A DNA stretch of 63,541 nt, the filler included, from Lenisia limosa (Eukaryota; Protista; Breviatea), in NCBI GenBank assembly GCA_001655205.1. It is 10 parts of 10 records of this genome, joined end to end, with 100 filler letters (N's around TTAATTAATTAA, not from the genome) between each part and the next. Parts side by side here need not be neighbours in the genome. Positions count along the whole stretch, not along the records: positions 26,380 to 31,021 come from LPNZ01006156.1; positions 31,122 to 37,572 come from LPNZ01009659.1; positions 37,673 to 40,348 come from LPNZ01004086.1; 7 more parts are not named here. One strand, given 5' to 3'. Numbering within the stretch: the stretch's first letter is position 1; the number at the start of each line of letters is the position of its first letter. The position numbers were made by a program, and so were the translations under genes. The notes beneath the pieces are model-generated. The model had not been told where the DNA came from. It saw only the letters and a program-made list of their open reading frames with translations, and searched no databases. Below are positions 26,520 through 37,789 of the stretch, piece by piece.

Positions 26520-29361
26520 ACTCGCTGACAGACGAGGATGATGTAATTTGAGAAATGGATGAGGGGGGTGTCGAGCCCAAGGGATTTCGTTACTGTTCCA
26601 TTGACAATGTTGGCATTGCAAAGATCTCCTTCTACTAGAAGCCTGATTCATATCAGATATTTGCCAAAATAAAGCTACATGCAGATATTTGCCAAAAGCT
26701 AATTTGAGTCCATCATTATCATCTTAACCTCCCCACCTCAAAACAGTGCGCACGAGGAAGAGGTCCGCCTCCGAACGGTTGCCATGGGCTATCCAATTGA
26801 GGAGAGTGGAGGATATCATCTGGAGTGTTATGACAGGCAAGATGGATACAAATAGGGGGTATCAGGCCGAAGCCGCCCACACCATCACGCTTAGAGATAC
26901 TGGATTATAGTATCTGGCCGAAGCCGTCAACACCATCACGCTTATTGATATTGAATTATAGATTTCTGACCTATGCTGTCCACAAGGTATATCAACAAAG
27001 ATGCCAACCTCGGGGTCATCGGAGTAATAGAGGTGGTCCATGGCTTTCCCGAAGTCCTGGAGAGAGATCGCTACCCGTGCCGCGCATACTGGGGGGTGGG
27101 GGTAAAATTGGAAAATATATGAAACAAAAAGCCAACGTAAAATTGGAAAATGTAATAAAAGAAGCCCATAATCAACTCTGTTGACTTGCAATGNNNNNNN
27201 NNNNNNNNNNNNNNNNNNNNNNNNNNNNNNNNNNNNNNNNNNNNNNNNNNNNNNNNNNNNNNNNNNNNNNNNNNNNNNNNNNNNNNNNNNNNNNNNNNNN
27301 NNNNNNNNNNNNNNNNNNNNNNNNNNNNNNNNNNNNNNNNNNNNNNNNNNNNNNNNNNNNNNNNNNNNNNNNNNNNNNNNNNNNNNNNNACAAAGCCTGA
27401 GGTGACCGAGATAAGTCTTGCTCGATATTCTTTGGGAACTTATCCCGGTCACTGTTTTACCAGCATACACCTAGTGCTTCACTTCAATTCGAAAAATACT
27501 GCTAAAATATCGATAGTTTTCGAAGATTGATCGACGAACCGAAGTGAGGCTCAGCATACTCCCTCCCCCACATCTCAGCTCCGGCGGGCCTCTATTTGAA
27601 GGAGCTGCTTTCACTGCGGCTGCCCTCTCCGCTTCCAATTTAACGGCAAAACTGGGGGGGAGTGTTGGTGAATTGGGGGGTNNNNNNNNNNNNNNNNNNN
27701 NNNNNNNNNNNNNNNNNNNNNNNNNNNNNNNNNNNNNNNNNNNNNNNNNNNNNNNNNNNNNNNNNNNNNNNNNNNNNNNNNNNNNNNNNCCAAATCAAAT
27801 TGATATTTGCATAATTATCACAAAATCCTTTCCACTTATCCCCATACGTATCATTCAGATTCTCCACACCCCCTCACCCCATCACTCAACCCATACATAG
27901 GGCTTCACTTCGGTTAAAAAAAAGACTGAATTTCTCGATAAATCCTCGAAAACTAGTGATATTTTATCGGTCTTTTTCGAACCGAAGTGAAGCCCTACCT
28001 AACACATATCTATCATCATACCACTCCCAACCTTCAACCCCTTTACTTACCCCCCCCCCCNNNNNNNNNNNNNNNNNNNNNNNNNNNNNNNNNNNNNNNN
28101 NNNNNNNNNNNNNNNNNNNNNNNNNNNNNNNNNNNNNNNNNNNNNNNNNNNNNNNNNNNNNNNNNNNNNNNNNNNNNNNNNNNNNNNNNNNNNNNNNNNN
28201 NNNNNNNNNNNNNNNNNNNNNNNNNNNNNNNNNNNNNNNNNNNNNNNNNNNNNNNNNNNNNNNNNNNNNNNNNNNNNNNNNNNNNNNNNNNNNNNNNNNN
28301 NNNNNNNNNNNNNNNNCAACAGTGACCGGCATAAGTCTTGATCGATTTGCTATGTCACACATACAGAAGTCTTGACCGATTTGCTATGTGATATCCCAGG
28401 AAAATCGGTCAAGACTTATCCCGGTCACTATAGTAGCTATACATATGAAATAGTATAAATGCATAGTATGTGCACCCAGGTGGCCACGGATGTACACCCT
28501 CAATCCCCCCATACCGACAACAGCATCCAGGTCCCAAGTGGCCATGGATTTGGATATGAGAATTGCCAGCTCAGAGGCTCCACGATGCTGCCCCGCTTCG
28601 GCAAGGAGGGGAATACCTAGGGGGGGGGGGTAAAATTGGACAATTTATATATTATATAAAAAAAAACCCAAATAAACTCTATTGGCTGAAAACACACGAG
28701 GGTTGATAACAGCAAAACAAACAAAGACCAGGCCAGTCGCTTCTGCAGCAATGCGTCCCATCACTCCAGCGCACTAGAAAACATGGAATATATATAAAAC
28801 AAAAATGGCAAGAATCACTTGAAAGGCGGTGTCTTGGGAAACATTAGGGTTTTATATATTAGAGATGTCTCAACAAAACAAAGGTTGAGGATGGCCAAAC
28901 CATAATCATGTTAATAAGAGATTCAACTTATAGTCAAATATTAATTTACAGTCATTTGTTTTGTAACTCGGGTATCTTTCTGTGTGCCTACCCTGTTACC
29001 CAATCATTTGCCCTACAACCTATCCAAAAACACTTCCTGAAATATTTCAACACTTAATCCAAGATTTCCCCATTCACGTCAACTTTTCAATTCCCGTACT
29101 GCAAGACTACATAAGCCTTATTCGCGCCTACCATTCTGAAGAAGATCGAAGGCGGATTGAGGATGCCGCGCGACTTTTCTAGGGGATCAAGAAGGGGAGG
29201 GGGACGTTAGCAAGTAAATATCTAAAATCCAGTTTACCTTCCAAATAGAGACTTATATAACTGTAGAGCTTCATAGAATTCGCCATCCTTGATCTAAAAA
29301 ATAAGAATTAGAGAATACGCGATACCTTCTGCTCTAAACGCTGTTCTGCTTTCTTCGACAT
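26520..29361 (-). CDS. GET4: Golgi to ER traffic protein 4 (GET4/TRC35) homolog, 3' end truncated
   Basis: Spliced: MSKKAEQRLEQK-IKDGEFYEALQLYKSLFGR-KVARHPQSAFDLLQNG-IPLLAEAGQHRGASELAILISKSM...GPPELR...AMDHLYYSDDPE-MISSTLLNWIAHGNRSEADLFLVRT...DTPLIHFSNYIILVCQR. This is collinear with the GET4 motifs YYEAHQ, G..SEVDMF and PLLNF. Confidence 0.9.
27898..27997. mobile_element. MITE family A copy in a GET4 intron
   Basis: 100 bp with the same TIRs as the TSD-flanked copies; TSD decayed. Confidence 0.85.
28320..28430. mobile_element. MITE family B copy (others at ~22584, 27405, 37370-37438, 39680, 63095)
   Basis: CAGTGACCGGCATAAGTCTTGATCGATTTGC...AAATCGGTCAAGACTTATCCCGGTCACTA. Confidence 0.8.
28617..28774 (-). 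repeat. Family D intron-3'-end repeat, longest copy (GET4 intron)
   Basis: Sense strand GTGCGCTGGAGTGATGGGACGCATTGCTGCAGAAGCGACTGGCCTGGTCTTTGTTTGTTTTGCTGTTATCAACCCTCGTGTG...AGCCAATAGAGTT...AAATTGTCCAATTTTACCCCCCCCCCCTAG ends exactly at the splice acceptor. Confidence 0.85.
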
Positions 29362-29619
29362 GATGAATAATTAGATATATGTTTATATTTCCGTGCTAAA
29401 GAGGGTTTTCAGATGTAAAAACGGCAAACTATATAGTTTCGTAGTCTTTCGAAATTTCTCGACCTTTTAACTCTTTCAAACAAACGAAGTAAAAGAGGAT
29501 TTAGCCAATAGATATAGGTAGAACTCTACATTTTATTGAAATAAATTTGACCTGGAGGAGTTTTAACACATTGTTTTTCAAGTTATCCCGAGTTTTCAAA
29601 CTGTAATGAACTGAAACGC

Positions 29620-30170
29620 TGTCCAAGGGAAGATATAATGGCGTTCGCAAGGGCGCAGGACTGTACGTCCCTCGGCATCGCGTTCAGAGAGGTATGAATT
29701 GTTCTTTGGGTTTTGAGGAATAGGTGTAAGTTGCCTTCTTGGTTCCTCCTGGACTAAATTCTGACTATTTTTAGAGTTTTGTCGTCCAGGTCGGTCCACG
29801 GGTCCTTTGTATACTTTGGGAAAGTCGATGAGACCATTATCTCGGGTTTCTTCTTCTTGGGGCAGTTTCTTTCTATTGGAGGAACACTGGTAGTTATTAA
29901 TAAATATTGGGTGTGTTATTCTTGTGAGTTGGTTGTCAGACGGGTGTATTTTGTTACTTTGCTTTTGTTCGTTTTTGGAGGAGCTTGGCCATTCACTCTC
30001 CATTATCGTTTTTTCTCAGGTGGGGTATTGAAAGGTTCCTTTTGGCGTTCGTGATGGTACAAAAAAGAACACGAGCTTATTTCAGCTTTGTGATAAATCA
30101 GGTTTTTTTTGGGGGCCAAAGGAAGTATAACCGAGCTATGACTCAGCAGGAAAGGAAAAGGAAGGAGTGA
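29620..30170 (+). CDS. Possible small multi-exon gene, unknown
   Basis: Short coding-like segments (MAFARAQDCTSLGIAFRE; VLSSRSVHGSFVYFGKVDETIIS; RKYNRAMTQQERKRKE-TGA) have plausible GT/AG ends. No family recognised. Confidence 0.3.
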
Positions 30171-31484
30171 CAAACATCCCACCTTATCATTTTATTTTAT
30201 TTTATTTTTTTTGGGGGGCGGGGTGTTTTTAAGTCATACTATCGAAGAGTTGCCATACTATGAGTGAGTGGGAAGCTCATAATATTAAATTCATCTTCTT
30301 GTCAAAAAAAAGAGTGTTATGGAATATGTAATGGTGCATTATGAGGGTGAGTAAGAACAGAAGTAGGGTATTTTGGGCTGCTTGATTGTGAGAAAGAGAA
30401 GAAGAAGGCTGGTTGACAGCAAAGGGAAATGAATGGGGTCGAGTTTTGGTTGACACTTCTGATGGGGTGTGTTATTGTGGACCCACACTAATAGTAGGGA
30501 GATACCATGAAAAGAGTTATCAATAATGAATGACGAACGAAATACTATTTCGGGATTTCCATACAGCCAACATCTTTACATGAAGTAGTGAATGGGAGTT
30601 ATACTATCAAGCGATATGATTTTTTGACTTTAATAACTGTTATAATGTTGTTTGTCGTTGTTTCAAAGATTACCTCCATCCACGTACCTCCTTTTGTCCT
30701 CAACTTCACTTCCTTCCACCAGATACTGTTTTTTCATTTCTCATTTCTATATCATTAACACCAAACCAGGTAACCCTCCCTGATGGGCTCGGAGTGGAGG
30801 AGTTTCAGTTTCCGTCTCGATTCACTGTCGATCAAACAAAGGTATTTTTTTTGCATATTCTAGTAATGCCATTTGCTTCAGATGATGTTGCCTCATAGTC
30901 GCTAGTGATACAATCATATGACCCATTTCCACTTGTGTTATGACCATATGACCCATGAGGGTTCATCCTGAGTGTATCAGAGTATCATTGAGACTTGTCG
31001 GTTAATTATCACAGGAGTGGANNNNNNNNNNNNNNNNNNNNNNNNNNNNNNNNNNNNNNNNNNNNTTAATTAATTAANNNNNNNNNNNNNNNNNNNNNNN
31101 NNNNNNNNNNNNNNNNNNNNNAAATAAAAATAAGGTTGTATCTGGTCGTAGCCGTCCACACCATCACGCTTATAGGATATATTTTGGACTATAGTATAAC
31201 ATTAATTCACCCAATCACCCCCACTTCCCAAAATTCGGCTCAAAATAGACCGATAAAATATCGATATTTATCGAAGATTTATCAAGAAATTCGTTTTTGA
31301 TCCGAAATCAAGCCCTACAACAGCACACAAATAGTATTGATACAAATACCTCCCCCCCCCCCCAANNNNNNNNNNNNNNNNNNNNNNNNNNNNNNNNNNN
31401 NNNNNNNNNNNNNNNNNNNNNNNNNNNNNNNNNNNNNNNNNNNNNNNNNNNNNNNNNNNNNNNNNNNNNNNNNNNNNNNNNNNN

Positions 31485-34400
31485 GAACACGTGCTATTGA
31501 CACGCGCATATCCAGGTTTGCAAGTGCAAAATGCCGAGTATTTACTCGGCTCTTCGTTGACACCGACACACTAAAAAGGTTATAGTAGTATAGGGGAAAG
31601 GGGGCTATAACAGGGCTTCACTTCGGTTCGAAAAATCCTGGTCAACTATCGATAGTTTTCGAGGATTTATCGAGAAATTCAGTCTTTTTATGAGCCAAAG
31701 TGAAGCCCTAGGTATAACATGCTTTTTGAACATCCTATCTTACAGGCGTGCAAGAAGATGTTGGAATAGTCCCGGACGACACTGTACCTGAACAAAATCA
31801 ACATTAAAATGGATATTAATATGAGAGAGAGAAACTAAACATAAAAAATTAATATTACTACAATGAGAAAGAGAAAATAGACACAAAAATGAGTATAATG
31901 ATAATGAAAAAGGGAAAACAAACATTTTTCAGTGCTTATATACAAAATATCTAGGGCACCATGCAATTAATATAAATTAATTGCCAAAATTCGAAATTAA
32001 AGTGTCAGAAATTGAGTTTACATTACTTTATGTCGCACTTCAAATTTTGCAATTGTTTTTTCAATTAATTGCACAGTGCCCTAAAAATATCTAATAATAC
32101 TCCATAATAGAGCTTTAAATTACTCCATAATAGAGCTTTAAATCATACCAGGGGGGCAGGCCGTGCAGATGCCATTGAGAGCGTAAAACCCGGCATTACA
32201 GACGCCACAATCGGAGGTGACTGAGGCTCGACCGTAAAGGGGCAAACACTCACTGAAGAATGTGAGAAGAGAATATTGTGTGGATAACATGAAAGAAGAA
32301 GAGATAATGCAGAGAAGTGTGAGGAAGACATAATACAGATTGGTTCACATTATCACTAAACAATGTGAGATTAAAATAAATATAGAGACGTGTTTGGGTA
32401 AAGAAAATAAGGAATGATATATTTGACCGTAGAACAGCAAACATTCACTGATGAAGATTAGAAGAGAATATTGTGAAGTAAATAAAACGCTGGCCATACA
32501 TGACACTGGCTTGCCATCAACCTTCTGCTCTACACAAATGAGGTTTTTGTTGTTTGATGTCTCTAGTGTAACAGTATTTTCCTTTCTCACTGCGATAGTT
32601 CCACCAGGCGGGTCACCCAGTGCGGGGAGGTATGCTGCGCAAATGTGCAAAAGCGCATTTCTCTGCGGACTCGCAGAACCAAGCAGTAAATTCTGGAGTT
32701 TGTTTTCACCCTTCAGGCTTTAAAAAAACCGTCCCCTCAAGCGAGTTTCCCAACCCATTGTTCCTGTAGGTCCTGTATCTTAATATCTTACTGCTTTATC
32801 TAGCCGGAAGATCTCCGTATGAAGTATGTGGAGGAGTTCTTCCTGAAATGCGTTTGGACAGGAAGGCTGATGCATGGTAATGTTAATGGTACCCCTAGGT
32901 ATTTATTTATTTCCCTAGATTTTTAATGTATATTATTTATCTTGTTCAAAGAAGGCTGGATGCTCTGACGGTGGGCGAAGCCCATTTGGCGATAGAATGG
33001 AGCACCCCCCCCCCCCCNNNNNNNNNNNNNNNNNNNNNNNNNNNNNNNNNNNNNNNNNNNNNNNNNNNNNNNNNNNNNNNNNNNNNNNTAACAATATTAT
33101 CACATTAGGATTGTCTGCGGTTTTATATTTATTTTTTACAAATAACGATTATAACAAGAAAAAATAACCCGTTACTTTTATAGAGGTAAATAACTTTTAT
33201 TAAGCCAGAAATGGGAAGACAACACTAATATGAACCACTTTTAACCTGCTGTTGTTCGAAGCCTCCCACCAGTAAATGTGAAACTGACTGAGATGACAGT
33301 ACTTGGTTTTCACCTGGTAGACCAAATATTTCAACCCATCACCCACCTCGTATCTTCTCATAGAGATCGAATTGACAGCGTCACTAGCCTTGCTATTTTT
33401 CTGGCAAAAGCGGCATGGCCAATCAGATTTATTGAAATGGAGCTGATCTTTAACCGTATAGGTGTACAATAGAAAGCGTGGACATGGCAACCTCCAATCC
33501 TCAGAAGACAAAGTCCATTTCAACTTCCAACTGAGAAATAGTTATAAGGAAATTCTCGACAACGCGGTCTTCTAAAATATGAACCTGAACATTTCTATTC
33601 TACTCAAGGGGATTAACAAGCACATTGCCGACTATTTCCTGTTACTTTCACTAATCTTATTAAACATTATTTTGTCACCCGCAATAACTGTTTTGCTGAG
33701 CAAAAAATACCAAATAATGCTGTGTCTTTAATACTGAGACGTACTGCAATGGTATTCTAAATTTTTGGGAAGGAAGGTGCCGAAGAAGCGGTAGAACTCA
33801 TACAAGAGGTTACAGAGAAGATGAATAAGGCAACAATATCATAAGCAGCAAACATGAAATGCGGCTCATTTCCTCCCGGCACGGGTTAAAACTGCCAGTC
33901 AAAGAAGCTGCTCCAGGTATTGTGTATGATATGATATCCCACGTCATCTTCGTTGGGAGATGCTTTCCAGCACTATGCACTGAACAACTCCAATATGTCT
34001 TGTTTTGGGCCAGTGGAAGGCAGCCGCAACGGCATACATCTTTTGAGAAAGTCTTGCTTGGAGAAAGCTCTACTTGAGTTCTTTGAATAGTATTTGGATG
34101 TTGCTTTTGATCTGTGAATGATGATGATGTTAACAGGTTGTATTTAATGTATGGGGGTTATGCTTATCAAGGTGGATGTCGTCCCTTTTGTGGTCCCAAC
34201 CCAAAGACTCAATGCTGGCGCAGGATGAGAACCGTGAAATGCCTCGATTGAGAACTATTTTACAACAATGGGGGGAGGGGGAACCAAAATACAATCAATA
34301 ATTAAATTGTCCTATTTAGAAGTAAATACAGGGATACAAAACAAGGATTAGGTGAGAATATAAAAATAATCATGTGGGAACAGAAAAAGAATATCATATT

Positions 34401-37150
34401 TACTGGATAAGAACCGTGAAATGCCTCGATTGAGAATTACTGTGGTTAACAAATTTGAAAAAAATTGGTAATTAAATTGCCCTGTTTAGAATAACATTCT
34501 GGAATACAAAACAAGGATTGAGGTGAGACTATAAAAACGGGACAGAAAAAGAATAGAGATATCATATTAGTATATCATATAGATTACTACACAGTAGAGC
34601 GGATAATACTCACTAAAATATGTGAAGACAATATAGTGAAGAGGAAAATATATATGATGTAGGGGGGAGGGGGCTTTATAAAATCCACCACATACCATGA
34701 AGTTCCGACAATCTGTGCTTTTCCCGTACACTACAACAGGTGAGGGGGGGGGGGGGGGNNNNNNNNNNNNNNNNNNNNNNNNNNNNNNNNNNNNNNNNNN
34801 NNNNNNNNNNNNNNNNNNNNNNNNNNNNNNNNNGGGTCAAATATTGGTGATATTATGTGAATTTTTAAAATGAAGAAGAAAAAATATGATAGTGACATGC
34901 AAAATTACATCATGGGGATTGCAAGGAAAAGAAGAAAAGAAGATAACCATCCGAAAAGGGACAACGACTGCAATGAGTCACACTGTCATTAATATAATGA
35001 CGCGAGACCTCCACCATCATAAATACAATTGCATTCAACCACCACCACCATAAAAGACTTACCATATTTTCCCCACATAATTATCCATATCCCAACTTAC
35101 CAAAGTGCAATGAGCCACTTTATCATTAATATAGTGATTAGAGGGACAAGGTACGCACTCCCCTCCTGAGGTGAATGTATTGTTGACACAAGGCTCGCAA
35201 TCGGGTCCGCCATAATTTTCGAAGCACTGACTACAGATTATAATTTAAAAAATATGACGATGACCCTTATACGAATGGATTTTTTCAAACATTCAACGGA
35301 ACCCATTGCTGTAGCACAACCAGATCCCTCCTACCACACTCCAGTTGTCGTGTCCGCAACCGAGTTTGGCGGGCACGGGACACAGGCAGTCTGAAGAGTC
35401 ACTTTTTTACATCAAGAAAATATAAAAATAAATAATAGAATCTCGGAACGAAACTCAAGAATAGTGTAAAATAATATCAACCCCCCCCCCCCCNNNNNNN
35501 NNNNNNNNNNNNNNNNNNNNNNNNNNNNNNNNNNNNNNNNNNNNNNNNNNNNNNNNNNNNNNNNNNNNNNNNNNGTGTCACCCCTCATAACCTGAACTAC
35601 TGGTGCCCCTGTCTGAGAGGTGAGAGATATTTCAATGAAATCCAGAAAATCAGTCAATATTTCGATAATTTGCTGATTTACCGATATATTGAGACAAAAG
35701 TGAAGCCTTTACAATAACTCCAGCAAAATAGAGAGTATTTTGAACAATATACTGTATGTATATCATATGATTTCGCAGAAACAAAAACAAAATGATCTGA
35801 ACCACTTTAAACTATTTCCATGCTATTGAACAACAACAGAGTGTGTGAAGTAATAGTATACTACTATAATTCAATATCTCTAATAAACGTGATCGTGTGG
35901 TGGACGGCTTCGGTCAGATCAATCTTACTTTATTTCTCATCTCTATAGCATATGAAACAATAAAACCCCCCAAACTGAGCCTGAAGAACAGTGACTATGG
36001 ACTGCATGACCTATTGTAACATATCGGCGATCTATATTTCCAATCAAAACAACTCGGCTCTTATCGCACAAATATAATCCAATCGGATCAAAAAAAAACG
36101 GTAAATCCTCGAGAACTACCGATAATATACCAGCCTTTTTCAAAATTGGNNNNNNNNNNNNNNNNNNNNNNNNNNNNNNNNNNNNNNNNNNNNNNNNNNN
36201 NNNNNNNNNNNNNNNNNNNNNNNNNNNNNNNNNNNNNNNNNNNNNNNNNNNNNNNNNNNNNNNNNNNNNGAAATGATCGGGGAAGGGTGTAGCTTACTTT
36301 TGTGGTAGGCAATTGGAGTGGCAGCCTCATCACCGGTTAAGACTTGGAGAATTAGGTGCAGAGGAAAATTAGGTACAAAGCAAAATTTGGTGAATATGAT
36401 AACTCTGTGCATTTGAAACAATTAGAAAGACTCCTTGCTCGTATTTCACTTCGGCTCGGTTCGGTAATTACCAAAACGACTTTGTCCAATATAGTCAAAT
36501 TACCGAACCGAAGCAAACCAAACTGACTTTTACCGACTTTTACCGATATTTAGCCACTGTCAAAAATATTTTTCGGCAATAGGATGCAATTTTTTTTTTT
36601 TTTTGTTCACTTGACACTCCAATACGCAGAAATAATTAAAACAAAAATACATGACACGAAATTGCTATTAATAATGAAGTGATTTGATATTGAAATTGGT
36701 ATGACGATACTCTTTCTGGTGGGTTCAAACCTGCTATTTTTTGTGTTTTCCTGAAAAGTCGGCTAAAGTCGGTAAAGTCGGTTAACCGACCGATATATCT
36801 CAATTTACCGACACGAACCGAAACCGATTTTCACCAACTATTGGATTTACTGAAACGAACCGAAACCGAAAAAAAAGTCAATTCGGTTTGGTTACTCCTT
36901 GCAATTATTATTTTGAGAAAAATAAAAACAAAAGATGAATTAAGTGACTTAAATGGAGATTCCGCTGCAAAATCGTTCACTTCAATTATTCAATTAATTG
37001 TTCAAATAATTGCACTGCCCTAACTATTAGGCAGATTCTAATAGGAAAACAATGCACAAATATGCCTAAATAAAATAAAAGCCCAGACATACTGACAACA
37101 TAAGATCGATAGTGATCAACCGCTCGCTGTTGCCAAGGAGGGCAAACTTG
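31485..37150 (-). CDS. Cys-rich surface/secreted protein with CxxC (GCC2/GCC3, ephrin-receptor-like) and EGF-like repeats; partial
   Basis: Exons TACVPCPPNSVAD (~35340-35390), DCEPCVNNTFTSGGEC (~35160-35215), DCGVCNAGFYALNGICTACPPG (~32148-32250) and FCTCKPGYARVNSTC (~31485-31570). Intervening exons were only partly resolved. Confidence 0.65.
31611..31710. mobile_element. MITE family A copy
   Basis: 100 bp with the same TIRs. Flanks GGCTATAA and GGTATAAC form an imperfect TSD. Confidence 0.85.
31952..32083. mobile_element. MITE family H (second hAT-like family), 132 bp, perfect 8-bp TSD AAAATATC
   Basis: TAGGGCACCATGCAATTAAT...ATTAATTGCACAGTGCCCTA. AAAATATC occurs at 31944-31951 and 32084-32091. 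Decayed relatives at ~24975-25110 and ~36895-37022. Confidence 0.88.
36440..36895. mobile_element. ~450-bp element with long imperfect inverted arms rich in TTCGGT/ACCGAA motifs
   Basis: The left arm begins TTTCACTTCGGCTCGGTTCGG (related to the family A TIR). Right-arm AAAGTCGGTAAAGTCGG is complementary to left-arm CCGACTTTTACCGACTTT. Confidence 0.55.
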
Positions 37151-37182
37151 GATGTAAAAAAGGAATAATAATATATCTTCAG

Positions 37183-37282
37183 TTGGGCTTCACATCGGTT
37201 CGAAAAATACCGGTAATGATTCGGTAATTTTCGAGGATTTATCGAGAAATTCAGTCTTCTTGTGAACTGAAGTGAAGCCCTA
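37183..37282. mobile_element. MITE family A (hAT-like), 100 bp, perfect 8-bp TSD ATCTTCAG
   Basis: Inverted termini (T)TGGGCTTCAC..GTGAAGCCCTA. ATCTTCAG occurs at 37175-37182 and 37283-37290. Confidence 0.9.
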
Positions 37283-37789
37283 ATCTTCAGTACCAAGAAC
37301 AAAAAAAATAGAAAATCGCAGGTGTATGATATGTGTGGTATGTACCTAGATTAGATTTTATTTAATATTCAGTGACCGGGATAAGTCTTGACCGATTTTC
37401 ATTGGGAAATCATCGGCCAAGACTTATCGTGGTCACCGTCAAAAGCAAAAAAAAAACATGAAACAAAATCTAGAAACAAAAACAGACTTAAGGACCATTC
37501 ATACACCTTCTAATTTAATATTAATCCCCCTATGATACATATTTAGACCAAAACAGCTTCACCCCCCCCCCCNNNNNNNNNNNNNNNNNNNNNNNNNNNN
37601 NNNNNNNNNNNNNNNNTTAATTAATTAANNNNNNNNNNNNNNNNNNNNNNNNNNNNNNNNNNNNNNNNNNNNTAAAATGTTGTTTTTGAATAACAAGACA
37701 AAAGAGAGAAGCAAAACCCTGATATAACACAGAGATTCAAAAAGTTACGAACCAGTGAAAGTGTAGGAAACAATATAGGAAGAAGCCAA

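Noticed and set aside
28755-28774. Family D as a box C/D snoRNA (GTGATGG resembles box C)
   Set aside because: Box C is imperfect, no terminal CTGA box D or terminal stem is evident, and copies are divergent and truncated.
28982-29182. Plus-strand ORF (YISLIRAYHSEEDRRRIEDAARLF) as a gene
   Set aside because: It is antisense to a GET4 exon and intron whose minus-strand reading matches the GET4 family.
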